In this document: positions 1 to 10,989 of the stretch, one piece after another
How positions within the stretch are numbered: position 1 is the stretch's first letter
How the letters are laid out: every line of letters begins with the position of its first letter
Source: Tetramitus jugosus
Lineage: Eukaryota; Protista; Heterolobosea
Assembly (NCBI GenBank): GCA_937625935.1
Contig: OW569381.1
Coordinates: forward strand, 310,001-374,000
Direction of reading: 5' to 3'
DNA length: 64,000 nt
Program-made: the position numbers and the translations under genes
The notes under the pieces: model-generated
Databases searched by the model: none
Told to the model about the DNA's origin: nothing
The model's input: the letters and a program-made list of their open reading frames with translations, nothing else

Positions 1-603
1 AACAATCGGGTGTACTGTAATTATACCCAGATTTGCACAATGATGTGGAACGACCAAAGATTTCTCGGTTACTGTTTGTGTTGTTTCTCTCTCCACGGAG
101 ACCGGCCTCTTTCTTGTTCTCTTGTATTCTACTTGTTCAATGTTGAATCCACTCTTTAAAGTAGCAGTGTTGTGCAAGTGTGTGATCAAGACTGTTAATG
201 AATGAATTACTACCAGTTTCATTGCAACGTTTGTCATACTTTCAACCATTTGAGAGAACCGAATGTCATATTCTTCATTTCAATCCTGTTTCTCCAGGGT
301 GCCAAATGGTTCAACCGGAAGTTCTTGTATCTCTTTTTGTCAAATCCCATCTCATAGATAGTGATGACAGAGTACTCGCTCATTCTGATACCATATCCTG
401 AACAAATTCAGTGGTGTGGTGGAATGTGTCATTGAGTATCCTTGCGGACATGATCTTTCTGGACAGCAACAGTTCTGAATCGGTTGTATTTTGCTTTTCA
501 CTTTTAAGGAAGAAAGAATAGAACCATCAATCGACCATTTCCAGATTCCTTTCGGCCCCGATATTTAACCCCGCTATCTCATTGTAACAACGCATTAAAA
601 AAG

Positions 604-2088
604 ATGTTACGTCGAGCTTTCACAAGAAGCTCCTACTTTCGCCCTACCAAACGTTTCCAATCATCATCCTTTCCCAAGGAACCCACTAAATTGTCTTATA
701 ACTCATCTATTTTATCTGCATCACCTTTGTTGGTCGAAGAATTGCGAAATCGTCTTGCTGATAATTTCTTTACAAGCTATCTTCTCAGTGAAACATTTGT
801 TAGCAAAAGCCACATACAGATGTATGAAACCATCTTGAGTACTTGTGTTGCACTTTCAAGAGACAAATTCAAGGACGTTGTTGGAACATCATCACTTACA
901 TTGATTGGTCCAAGAGGAATAGGAAAAACCACCACATTGAAGAATATGGTCCATCCAATCAGTATCTTATTTCCACAGATCATTCCAATTTATGTGAATT
1001 ATGTTGATATCTTAGCGAACAGGTACACACAGAGAACGCCCATACTCCAAATTGTTGCGGATCAACTAACTATACATGGTATCAAGGTCGAGGAAAATCA
1101 AGACGACACCTTTTATCCTCTACGTGAAGCGCTGCGGGAGTCTGGAAAGTATGTTTTGTTGATTGTAGACGAAATGGACAAACTCTATGAGGTACAACCA
1201 AAATATGACTGGTCAGAAAACTTGGCAGCAACACTGGGACAGCTAGCAAAGTTGGGTGACGACGACTCTGGACGTTTTGCAGTCACGCTTTGTGGTTCTT
1301 CTTCGAGACTCATGTCTCTTGTTACTGCTAATGGAAAGAGAGAACCGGAATGTGTTGAACAGTTCCCATTTGTGATCGACGCACCAAATTTGAATGGTAA
1401 CAAATACAGAGAGTACCAAATAAATGCAGCACCTCCAACGGACTTAACAACAGTAGCACAGCTCATTTATGGCAAGAAGGTAGATAGTAGCATTATTCGT
1501 GAGGTACGTGCTGTTGCCTTCGTTACAGGAGCAGTTGCCCGTGAAGTTTCGAGAATTAAGACATCACCAAGTTTTAATGAAGAACTCTTCGCACAATTTG
1601 AAGTGGAGTCAAGTGAAGCTGCTGCTCATACATTATCTAAAGCGGGTCCAATTTGGAGAGAGCTGCTTGATCTCTTGTACAAGAAGAATGCCAGTCTCAT
1701 GGGAGACTTGTTAAACCCAGATGGTTCTGTGAATTTCGAAACAGTTATGACAATTGATTGGGAGCAGAAGTTCGAGGCACTAGACTTGGCGGAGTTAAGT
1801 TCTTCTTGGAAGAAGAAAGATCCTGAAGAGACAAATCTTGAGCATTGGATATATTATCTTTATGATCGTAACTATATAACAATATCTGGAGTGTCAAATG
1901 GTAGACCCGACAAGTTGTATCCGTACTCATTGTTCATGTTAGCGAGACACAAGATGGATGAAGAGGTCAAAGCCAAAACCAGAGCATCCATGACCAAGCA
2001 TTTCTCATCTTCAATTTTTAGGGAGTATGTCAAACCTGTTATTGTTGGCACACCCAATTATCAAGCAACTATTCCTCTTGATGAATAA
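604..2088 (+). CDS. P-loop NTPase (AAA+/STAND/Crinkler-NTPase-like) with a predicted mitochondrial presequence
   Basis: 494-aa ORF; Walker A GPRGIGKTT, Walker B LLIVDEMD, sensor-like TLCGSS; N-terminus MLRRAFTRSSYFRPTKRFQSS is Arg/Ser-rich with no acidic residues. Confidence 0.7.
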   Translation: MLRRAFTRSSYFRPTKRFQSSSFPKEPTKLSYNSSILSASPLLVEELRNRLADNFFTSYLLSETFVSKSHIQMYETILSTCVALSRDKFKDVVGTSSLTLIGPRGIGKTTTLKNMVHPISILFPQIIPIYVNYVDILANRYTQRTPILQIVADQLTIHGIKVEENQDDTFYPLREALRESGKYVLLIVDEMDKLYEVQPKYDWSENLAATLGQLAKLGDDDSGRFAVTLCGSSSRLMSLVTANGKREPECVEQFPFVIDAPNLNGNKYREYQINAAPPTDLTTVAQLIYGKKVDSSIIREVRAVAFVTGAVAREVSRIKTSPSFNEELFAQFEVESSEAAAHTLSKAGPIWRELLDLLYKKNASLMGDLLNPDGSVNFETVMTIDWEQKFEALDLAELSSSWKKKDPEETNLEHWIYYLYDRNYITISGVSNGRPDKLYPYSLFMLARHKMDEEVKAKTRASMTKHFSSSIFREYVKPVIVGTPNYQATIPLDE

Positions 2089-2392
2089 TATTGAATGAGA
2101 TCCTAATAATGGTTGAGCAATACTACGTGCGTTAAAAATCATTCACCACTGCAATGGTTGTGTCAGATTAACCTTGGTTGCTCGCAGCTGTTTTCAATGG
2201 CCACCGACAGCTTCCAAGAATGCCTTGATCAGGTGCAACTGTCTTTGTCAATTCTTCTTGTCAGCTCAATGATTGGTTTAGAACGAACTATTCGTTATTC
2301 ATTATTAAATGAGTTGTGTTTTTTCAAAGCTTTTTGTGGGTGAGCTAACGGAAAGGGAGCAACATTATCTCAGCCATAATTATAGTGGGCTT

Positions 2393-4091
2393 TTATTCGT
2401 CAGAGTCAGCTGACTCCTCTGCTTCTCCATCCTCTTCTTCAGATGAAGTTTCGTCATCTTCGATTGTTCTTCGTTTCTTGTTGTTAGATGTGGCTTTCGT
2501 GCTACGACTCGTCGATTTAGCAACAGGAGAAGAAGGAGTACGCTTCCTCGTTTTGTTTGCTTCAGAGGATTTGGAGCGTTTTGGTGCCTTGATTGCCTTC
2601 TCGTTTTTGACGTAGAGGCGCTCAGTGTATCGTTTCATATCTCTGTCACGCACCGGTATCGTAGGCAAAGAGTATTCTTTGTCATTATGAGTTTGCTCAG
2701 GTGTTAAACCGACGACATCAACAATAAACTCCTCAGATCTCTCTTGTTCCTTGATTAGTTGCATTTCTCGCTTGGCTGATGGAGGGGCATCGAGCTCTGG
2801 TTCATCGAACTCATCCTCCCGCTCAATATACATTTCGTTATCTTCAATCTCTGAAAACATGGGAGCAAACGAGCTCCAATTCTCTGTGACAATCTTTCCC
2901 CAGATGTGAATGGTACCACTGTTTGTTGAGTATGCAATCACAGGTCTTATTGGATGCCATTTCATGTACAAGATGAGTTCTTTCACACCTTCGATCATCT
3001 TGGCAATGTTTCCTCCCTCTCTCTCCCAAATATATATCTTGTCCTTTGTTGTCGCTACGACAAACTCAGAGTCGAACCCTAGTCCATTAATTCCACTGAA
3101 ACCACATGTCACATAGGGCTGACCAGTGACAGGATCTCTAAACTCCCTAGAGAAATAATACTGAGTTTGATTCTCTGAAATATCCTGATAGAGCCGTATT
3201 ACATTCTCACAATTCACCAACATATACTTTCCTGTCCGAGAGAAGACAATTTGCTTAATACCATAATCTCCCTTCTTTAACTTTGCAGGTAGTTCGTCAA
3301 CGTCATTAATATTCGATGCAATATCTTTTGTCGATTCACTAATCGAAAACAATTCGGTAGATATGTGAAATTGCGCGAGAAGTTTCAAATCTGACACTCG
3401 CAACACTACCATTTGGCCAATCGAATTCCCCACATATAAATACTTTCCTGATACATCAAAATTTGCACAATTATAATCCACACGCTTCTTCGTCTTGTGA
3501 ACAAATGGTTGAATCGATATTTTCTTCTCTCGTTCAGTCTTTAAGTCAATTAAAAGTGGTGGACCAGCCAACATGGACAACACCATTACATTTCTTGAAA
3601 ATAAACAAATACGAAAATCAACAGCACAAGCAAAGAGAAGATGATCGTGTGAATATAGCAAAGCTCTCACACACATACACAGGAACAAAGAATGATATCA
3701 TATCACAAAAAGAAAATACTTACTCATCACAAGGACAAATATAGGCCTGCCACACGGGATGATAAAACGACTTGATCATCTTTTCTCGCTTTATATCCCA
3801 AACGACAACAGAATGATTGTAGTACACAACAATGAGGTACTGCCCATGATTGAACCAAGTCAATCCAACGACTACAGTCTTCTCTGGTCCCTTGAGTACC
3901 TTGTACATGGCTTTCGTATGAAAATCATAAATGATCACTCTTCCATCATCGCATCCAACAGCCATGAACGAACCACTCTTGTTGAATTCGATGATCGTGC
4001 TCACTATGGTATCACCCAATCGCAATGTTCTCTCCAGATTGTCAGGAAACACTCCAACAAACTCTTTTGGATTCAATAGCAGTGAATTCAT
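2393..4091 (-). CDS. RBBP5: RBBP5/Swd1 WD40 subunit of the COMPASS H3K4 methyltransferase; 2 exons (4091-3724, 3593-2393)
   Basis: MNSLLLNP start; FNKSGSFMAVGCDDGRVIIYDF; WHPIRPVI; ENWSSFAPMFSEIEDNEMYIEREDEFD signature; intron 3723-3594 (GTAAGT...TTCAAG) joins the two ORFs in frame. Confidence 0.93.
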
Positions 4092-4794
4092 TTTCTGTGC
4101 TTTTTGCGCGCGTTTTTTTGAAGGAGAATTTGGAGTCGGAGTGATCAAAAAAAGTTCAAGCAAAAAAAACGAGTGATTTGGTCCAAGAAGAAATGACGTT
4201 GATCTCTTTTCACGAAATACATACAGAACTGGACAAGAGGATTACTCAATCTCTCAATGCAGATAGACGCTTGTTATCCTCGTCATTTTCTGAGCAAATG
4301 TTGTATTTATTTAATTTGGCAACAAACAAATTTGCCAATTCATTCCGCATGACCACACTCGTGGTTCTTCTGTCCTTGGTTGGCGTCAAAGTTAAGTCAA
4401 GGTGAAATTGATAAAGAGCAGCACTGTAAATAAAGGTTCCATTTCCTGATTCTTTCTCCCGCCAACCGGAGTTTCCAACTCGCTGAAGATATCAACGTGA
4501 AGACTGAACATGAGGTTCACTACATTGTGTCAAACTCACAAGCAATTATAATTTGACCGAATTATTCAATTATGATTGAATAAATGACTGTTCTTTTTGC
4601 CTGACCCGCCGTTCGACTGAACTTTTGGCATTGTTCGGCGTCTGTTCTGTAATTCCGCTTCTCAGCGTCAATCACCTGTGCTGACACCTCTCTCCAAGGT
4701 TTCCTGTCATAAGCTTTGTTGGCATGTGTGTGATGATCACAAACCAACACAAACAAACAACAAACAAAAGTCGAGGGGCCTACAATATATCAAC

Positions 4795-6855
4795 ATGACA
4801 CTCACAGTTTTCGACATCTCAGCTACACTACCAGATGACATTATTGGCCGAATCAGTTCTTTTCTCTCCACCCGTGACCAACTCTGTGCTTCCCAAGTGA
4901 GTTCTCACTGGAGAACATCGATTGTTCAATCCTTGACACCCAACTATGACTTTATTCATTCATTGTCCCCTTTTTATCAACATCACAACGGTCCAAACAA
5001 TACCAATAACAATAACAATAACAACAACATCAATAGCATAGAGCAAGAGCTAAATGAACTGAAATCGAATTCCTCTCCTGCTACTGCTTGCTTCTTCCAA
5101 CAAGAACAAGAACAAGAACAAGATCAAACATGGATTCAGTGTCAATATCATGCCATGCACGAGTTCATGACGGAAACCAAGTTGTTGAACAACAATATAG
5201 GCCTGGCTTCTTCTTCTTCTTCTTCCACCTCCAACAATCATCATGATCATATGAATGATGCACAAGCATCATCTACATCATTGACAAACACTGCACAATT
5301 AACAATGCACGAAACAGTATATCAACAAATTCGAAATGTTCAATTAATGAAGAAGAAGAACCAGCAAGAAGAGGTGAATGATAGTAGTGGTAGTAGCTCC
5401 ACTGAAGAAGGAAATGATAGTGTGAGTGATCAAGTGTGGATCGACGATACGAAAATGATACTTGCAACGGATATGAGATCATTGATCGAGTTGTTGGCAG
5501 CTCGAATGATGCGACAGTGGAGAAGAAGACAGGATTGGAGTGGTATGATTGTGAAGCAGGATGGTGCAGTGTCGATTGATCATGAAGTACCGACATCGGA
5601 TCCCTTTTTCGTGAACATGTGGTTCCAGACGTATCAATCCAAGCAGGATCTCACACCAAGAGTCATGCTGTTCACGTTGATTGACTATTTTAATCAAACA
5701 ATGCAACTTTTGGGGCAGAATAGTGATTGTAAGCGCCATTGTGTGTACCAGCATCGATTGTTGGGTCTGATTGGTGTCATGCAATGTTGGGCAACGCATT
5801 TAGTCAGTCAAGAATGTTGCTTTTATTTTGATCGGTTGAGTGATGACGAAAGAATGGAAACGAGTCGTACGATTGGTTATTTGTTGCTATTCCTTGACTC
5901 ATGTGTCATATTGCCTGTGCAACAAGTGGTTCAGAGTGAATTAGATACGCATCAAGTGATGCTTTACTTGTTTGCGATTGGACTCAAGAATCAATTGGAT
6001 ATTTCTCTAAAGACTGCACTACGCAGAAGAGAATGTTTGCGATTCGAGACTATGAAAGAAGTTTCCTATGACATTGATAGCACGGATCTAACTACGATAC
6101 CTCCAGCTCTATTGGCTGAGCAACTCACTGTCTATCAGTATGAATTGTTTCGATCGATTAGAAACTATGAGTTGTGCGGTGTGAAATGGAGAAAAGATAA
6201 GACCGCTTGTAGTAATGTAATCAATGTTTTGACACAGTTTGGAAGGCTTGCGGAATGGGTGGCAATGAAAATTGTTGAGCCTGAGACACCAGAGGAGAGA
6301 GTGAGTGTCATGAGACGGTTTATTAATCTGTGCAGACATCTGAACGAGTACAGAAACTTTCAGAGTACGTTTGCTGTTGTCGGAGGTATTATGTCTGCAT
6401 CAGTTTATCGTTTGAGGCAAACAAAAGGAATGTTGACTGAGCAAGAAGTGGAAGAGCTTGAAGATTTGAGAGCTCTTGTTTCACTGAGACATGATTTTGG
6501 ACAACTAAGGGCGAGGTTGAACAGTTGTGACACTATTCCAGCAATTCCATATGTTGGATATCTTCTGGGTCAGCTGAAATCTGTGTCCGACTACAAGATG
6601 TCTCTGTTGGATACTACTGCCAAGGAGTTGGAGGCAAGCAATATTGCGTTCATCAATCTACATAACTTAACAGAAGAGTACAAAATTTTGCGGCTGATGG
6701 AGCAATGGATGTACCAGTTCACTTACTATGAGATGGAAGGCTTGAAAAAGTATGAACCTATTCAAGACACGATACATTTTGTTCTTGAATCATCCAATAT
6801 TCTACAACAACAGGATTTGTTCAGACTAAGTCTGCTTCGAGAACCCAGACAATAA
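4795..6855 (+). CDS. F-box + RasGEF (REM/CDC25) protein
   Basis: F-box LPDDIIGRISSFLSTRDQLCASQVSSHWR; CDC25 motifs LAEQLTVYQYELFRSI, RNFQSTFAVVGGIMSASVYRLRQT, PAIPYVG; first ATG at 4795. Confidence 0.85.
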   Translation: MTLTVFDISATLPDDIIGRISSFLSTRDQLCASQVSSHWRTSIVQSLTPNYDFIHSLSPFYQHHNGPNNTNNNNNNNNINSIEQELNELKSNSSPATACFFQQEQEQEQDQTWIQCQYHAMHEFMTETKLLNNNIGLASSSSSSTSNNHHDHMNDAQASSTSLTNTAQLTMHETVYQQIRNVQLMKKKNQQEEVNDSSGSSSTEEGNDSVSDQVWIDDTKMILATDMRSLIELLAARMMRQWRRRQDWSGMIVKQDGAVSIDHEVPTSDPFFVNMWFQTYQSKQDLTPRVMLFTLIDYFNQTMQLLGQNSDCKRHCVYQHRLLGLIGVMQCWATHLVSQECCFYFDRLSDDERMETSRTIGYLLLFLDSCVILPVQQVVQSELDTHQVMLYLFAIGLKNQLDISLKTALRRRECLRFETMKEVSYDIDSTDLTTIPPALLAEQLTVYQYELFRSIRNYELCGVKWRKDKTACSNVINVLTQFGRLAEWVAMKIVEPETPEERVSVMRRFINLCRHLNEYRNFQSTFAVVGGIMSASVYRLRQTKGMLTEQEVEELEDLRALVSLRHDFGQLRARLNSCDTIPAIPYVGYLLGQLKSVSDYKMSLLDTTAKELEASNIAFINLHNLTEEYKILRLMEQWMYQFTYYEMEGLKKYEPIQDTIHFVLESSNILQQQDLFRLSLLREPRQ

Positions 6856-7140
6856 ATTATGTTACCTCTACTGTTCTGCGCAATCATTGACCGATGAAGC
6901 TTATCAGCCAGATTATAATGAGGTTGGTAAGGTGGATGGATATCTGGGCACAATTGCTAAAAAGATCCTTAACTGTGTATCTTTCTCTTGAAGTGATGTG
7001 CTCATCATATCGATCCCACCTTAACAATATGCAAGATACAACACAGCAGCATATTGTTGTGGGAAAAGATTTCAATAATTTATTACAAGCTCGGTGATGG
7101 CCCAGCATTGTTTCTGATACTGTTGGCAGCAACAGTTATA

Positions 7141-8163
7141 TCACATATCCTCGGTAGACCATTTATGGGCAACCTCAGCTCTTGCTTGAGCCTGATTCAT
7201 GGATGATAAAAGGCGTACTTCAAACCCATTGGTTCTGTTCACACTGTCCCACAAATGACCAGGTCGAATATTGTAACGATTGGGTGGATATCTGCCTTCA
7301 TAAACCTTCTTCTTTTGGAGCAAAGCACCTTTCGCCCCAGTCTCTTCCTCACTCGAAGGAGACACTGGCTCACCGCGCTCCTTTCGCTTTCGTCTCTCCT
7401 TCTCTCGTTTTTTCCTCTTCTTCTCCTCTTTTTTGAGTCTCTTCTTCTCCAAGTAAGCTGCCATTGGATCCTCTTCTCTTGCTTCATTCATGCGCATTGA
7501 TTCGAGCTCTCGATCATTCTCATACCTTGAGAATGGCTTTGTTGACTCCTCATTGATCCTACGCTGCAATTCATGGGATTCTCTTTGTTGAACCATACCG
7601 CTTGACCATGGTAGCTCTTCTTGACGAGTTTTCGTGTACTCTTGCTCGTCTTCCTTGCCTTGCTTTTTCTTCTTGTGTTTTTGACTCTCCAGATATTGCT
7701 CCCTTGTAATCTTCTTGCCTTCATGGTCTCTGTAGACTGTGGATGCATGTTTACCTGTGAGATCTTGATTCATTCGATCAAACATTTCCTTTTCACTCTG
7801 TTTCTTTCTCTCCAGTTCATTCTTTAGCTCTATTCCATGTTTGAGACCTCCTATTGTTGGCTTTGGCGGTGGTGGTGTTGACGTTGAGCTTGGATTGCTT
7901 GTGCGTCTAACAGGGCTTAGATCACCATCAGAATCTTCTGTAAATAACCGTGAGGAGGACGGCACTGCTTCAACTTTTGTGGTAGTTTGCTTTGACATGA
8001 CGAAAGCTCTTGTTGTGTCATTTTGGCTTGTTCGAACAGGAGATAGATCAGAGTCTGATGAGGAATCATGCCGCCTCATTTTATTGTTTGAAGATCGAGT
8101 GGATGAGGCATTGTGATCATTGTCAGACTCATCAGAAGAGGAATCATGTCGTTGTCTCTTCAT
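7141..8163 (-). CDS. BUD13: BUD13/Cwc26 pre-mRNA splicing factor (RES complex)
   Basis: RHDSS and DSDLSPVR repeats; TVYRD; C-terminal PPNRYNIRPGHLWDSVNRTNGFE...KWSTEDM. Confidence 0.93.
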   Translation of the reverse strand: MKRQRHDSSSDESDNDHNASSTRSSNNKMRRHDSSSDSDLSPVRTSQNDTTRAFVMSKQTTTKVEAVPSSSRLFTEDSDGDLSPVRRTSNPSSTSTPPPPKPTIGGLKHGIELKNELERKKQSEKEMFDRMNQDLTGKHASTVYRDHEGKKITREQYLESQKHKKKKQGKEDEQEYTKTRQEELPWSSGMVQQRESHELQRRINEESTKPFSRYENDRELESMRMNEAREEDPMAAYLEKKRLKKEEKKRKKREKERRKRKERGEPVSPSSEEETGAKGALLQKKKVYEGRYPPNRYNIRPGHLWDSVNRTNGFEVRLLSSMNQAQARAEVAHKWSTEDM

Positions 8164-8254
8164 TGTTTCCAGTTTTGCGCGCTTTTTTTAGCAACAAACG
8201 CTTTTTGGCGGGAAGCGAACAAGAATCATATTTACATGGTCTTTATTGTATCAA

Positions 8255-8563
8255 TCAACTGAACCATCCAGAACTCTTCTTTTTCTTCTCTTTTGGAATG
8301 TTATATTTTTCCCTCAAATTCTCTGTGTGCTCCTTGTGCTTTTGCTTATCCTTCTCATATTGCTTCTTCCTCCTATTTTCTTTCCAGTTCTTTGGTGCTT
8401 CAATCACTGTATCCACTCCCTTTTGAACATGATCGATAATATTGTCTTGACGCTCCAGTTGATCATCTTCTGTTAAATGAGTCTTTGCTTCTTCGACAGA
8501 ATTATTCACAGTGGAGGAAACTCTCCATTTGAATAGGGAGAAACCTAGGCCACAACAATCCAT
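8255..8563 (-). CDS. Small complexin/synaphin-like helical protein (102 aa)
   Basis: ATG-initiated ORF filling the spacer; RKKQYEKDKQKHKEHTENLREKYNIPK aligns without gaps to the complexin central helix [27 protein letters not shown]; N-terminal di-Cys. Confidence 0.55.
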   Translation of the reverse strand: MDCCGLGFSLFKWRVSSTVNNSVEEAKTHLTEDDQLERQDNIIDHVQKGVDTVIEAPKNWKENRRKKQYEKDKQKHKEHTENLREKYNIPKEKKKKSSGWFS

Positions 8564-8657
8564 TTTGTTTTGTTGATATTTGAACTGAAGAAGCTTAGCT
8601 GAGTTGAGTTGTTTTTTTGTGGACGAACTTCAAATATTGCATTCAACAAAACTTTTT

Positions 8658-10892
8658 TTATGCTGCGAAATTGAGATCAACACTGATAATCTGGATTTCA
8701 TTCAGTGGGACGTTACCACGGTTCACATGCACACGTTCAATGGTTTGAACAACATCTTGTCCTCTGATAACTTCACCAAACAGAGTATGCTTGTTATCTA
8801 ACCATGGTGTTGCAGCAGTTGTAATAAAGAATTGACTGCCGTTTGTATTCGGTCCAGCATTTGCCATGCTGACCTTGAAGGGAGTATCGTGGTGCAAAGA
8901 AGGGTGGAACTCATCTTCAAAGTCTCTGCCCCAACAACTTCTTCCTCCAGTACCGTCTCCTTCTGGATCACCAGTTTGAATCATGAAGCCCTTGATGACA
9001 CGATGGAAGATTACACCATTGTAATAACCATCTTGCGATAGACGAGTAAAATTCTCCACTGTCTTGGGACACTTGCTCTTGAATAGTTGAACAAAGATGT
9101 CTCCATATGTGGTGTGTATGATGGCTGTGTCTGCGAGCTTACTCTTCAGTGCCATGTTTGTCGGTATATTTAATGCTGCAACTTCCATGTCTTCCTTGGA
9201 TGGTCTCTCATTGAAAATATCTCGACTCATGCTCGTATCATCACTTGATGGCTCCCTCCTAGAGAAGGAGAAGAATCGGTTCTTCTTGAATGCACAGCAG
9301 AATATAGTAGGATCAATGTTCTCCACTTTCGCGTTCGGTCCCAGTTTCGCTAACTCAACACGGCTAATTTTCAAAGCACCCTGAAAGAGTGAAAGACCTA
9401 AAAATCGCTCAGTCAACTCCACCTTACCCAGCAGTCTCTCAATCTTGCTTGTTTCGATATTGACAACTTTAATACCGAGCATCGTTGGATAAATGACGAA
9501 ACTGCCACTGTCATCGAATAGTACATTAGAACAAGGAGCGACCAACTTATGGTTGACATTATCAAATATTACGTCAAGTTGCTTTTCCATTTCCTTTTCA
9601 ATTGCCATTCTTCTTCCAAAATCAATATTCTCCAAAACGAATTCAGAATTTTGAGATTGCTGCACTTTGGACAATTGAGTTAATGACTCATCGATAACAA
9701 GAATTTGTTTTCCTGTTTCGTAGTCAAACACGCGAACAAACCGATCTCTACCCATGATAGCAAACTTTGTTCCATCTTTGCTTATTGAAAGCGAAATTGG
9801 GTATGTCTTGTTTTTCATGAGTTCGTACAGATCAGTTTCAGTCTTGTATTTAAATTGCACATTGGATGGTATCTTGCCTGTTAACAGATCCCAATATTCA
9901 ATATTACCTTTCCGATCAATTGATATCACTGCATCCTTCTCCTCATTGTACTTGATGTGCAATATTCGATTATTATTGAACGTAGAGTGAATTGATTTGA
10001 AGCAACAAAGTGGTGAATCAATGTCCAAATCTCTGTCAATCAGATCATAGATTCTAATCTCATTCAACGTGATATCACACACTGCAAGCAACGGCTTTCT
10101 TGCACTGCCTTGTTTCTGAACCAAGAACTCGACCAAATAGGGTCTGAATGGCGAGCTGCCATCATCATTCTTAAACTTGAAAACATTGATCATATCGAAC
10201 GACACAACATCAAACAACTTGATTGTGAAATCAAATGGACTACAACTACACATGAGTTTACCATCCAACGAACAAGCAATCGAATAAATTGGCTCCGTAT
10301 GTGCCTTGAACTCCTTCACAAACTGTATTTGATGCTGCGTTGTCTTTTTCCAAAATTTAATTTCACCATCCTTGGACGCAGTAATCACAAAATGAGTGTG
10401 TGGTGTGACCATTGTGTGCGTCACGTGATCCTTGTGCATAAAACTCCACTCGTACATGTGAGCACTCGGTAAATGATCCAAATAGAGTTGATTCATATCA
10501 ACACTGATCGATTCCACAGGTTTTACATGTTCTTTCTCCACTTTCAATTTCTCTTTTGTTTCCTCTGTTGTTGTTCCTGATTCTTCCTTGTTTTGATGAT
10601 GATCATGCTTTGCTTCTTCGACTACTGCTACTGAATTAGGTCTAGGAGGACCATATGCCTCATCATCACTCTCATCATCATCGTCATCTTCACTATCACT
10701 CTCATGTGGTGCAGCACCACTCACACTCTTACTATTGTTGTTGTTGTCGTCGTTTTGGATTGGTGGTGATGAAGTAGTGGTTGCAGTGGGTTGAGGAGGT
10801 CGAGGTGGTCCATAAGAATCATCATCTGATGAATCACTACTGTCATCCTCATTGTGAGCAGGGGGCCTACTTTGTTCATGTGATCGCTTCAT
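8658..10892 (-). CDS. PPWD1: WD40 + cyclophilin peptidyl-prolyl isomerase (PPWD1/CYP71)
   Basis: [17 protein letters not shown]; [12 protein letters not shown]; cyclophilin [22 protein letters not shown] and [18 protein letters not shown]; likely ATG at 10892 (MKRSHEQ). Confidence 0.95.
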   Translation of the reverse strand: MKRSHEQSRPPAHNEDDSSDSSDDDSYGPPRPPQPTATTTSSPPIQNDDNNNNSKSVSGAAPHESDSEDDDDDESDDEAYGPPRPNSVAVVEEAKHDHHQNKEESGTTTEETKEKLKVEKEHVKPVESISVDMNQLYLDHLPSAHMYEWSFMHKDHVTHTMVTPHTHFVITASKDGEIKFWKKTTQHQIQFVKEFKAHTEPIYSIACSLDGKLMCSCSPFDFTIKLFDVVSFDMINVFKFKNDDGSSPFRPYLVEFLVQKQGSARKPLLAVCDITLNEIRIYDLIDRDLDIDSPLCCFKSIHSTFNNNRILHIKYNEEKDAVISIDRKGNIEYWDLLTGKIPSNVQFKYKTETDLYELMKNKTYPISLSISKDGTKFAIMGRDRFVRVFDYETGKQILVIDESLTQLSKVQQSQNSEFVLENIDFGRRMAIEKEMEKQLDVIFDNVNHKLVAPCSNVLFDDSGSFVIYPTMLGIKVVNIETSKIERLLGKVELTERFLGLSLFQGALKISRVELAKLGPNAKVENIDPTIFCCAFKKNRFFSFSRREPSSDDTSMSRDIFNERPSKEDMEVAALNIPTNMALKSKLADTAIIHTTYGDIFVQLFKSKCPKTVENFTRLSQDGYYNGVIFHRVIKGFMIQTGDPEGDGTGGRSCWGRDFEDEFHPSLHHDTPFKVSMANAGPNTNGSQFFITTAATPWLDNKHTLFGEVIRGQDVVQTIERVHVNRGNVPLNEIQIISVDLNFAA

Positions 10893-10989
10893 TTTTTCGT
10901 TCGTACTTTTGATCTCGAGTTCAATGAAACGGTGGAACGATACTCGTTTTCTTCTCAACCAAACCAACGAGCAACAACGAACAAAGAAA

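Noticed and set aside
1-460. Minus-strand open stretches with a GTATGA...TTAACAG intron-like segment (239-192)
   Set aside because: No consistent spliced frame with a clear start could be built; it may be a truncated gene or pseudogene but cannot be supported
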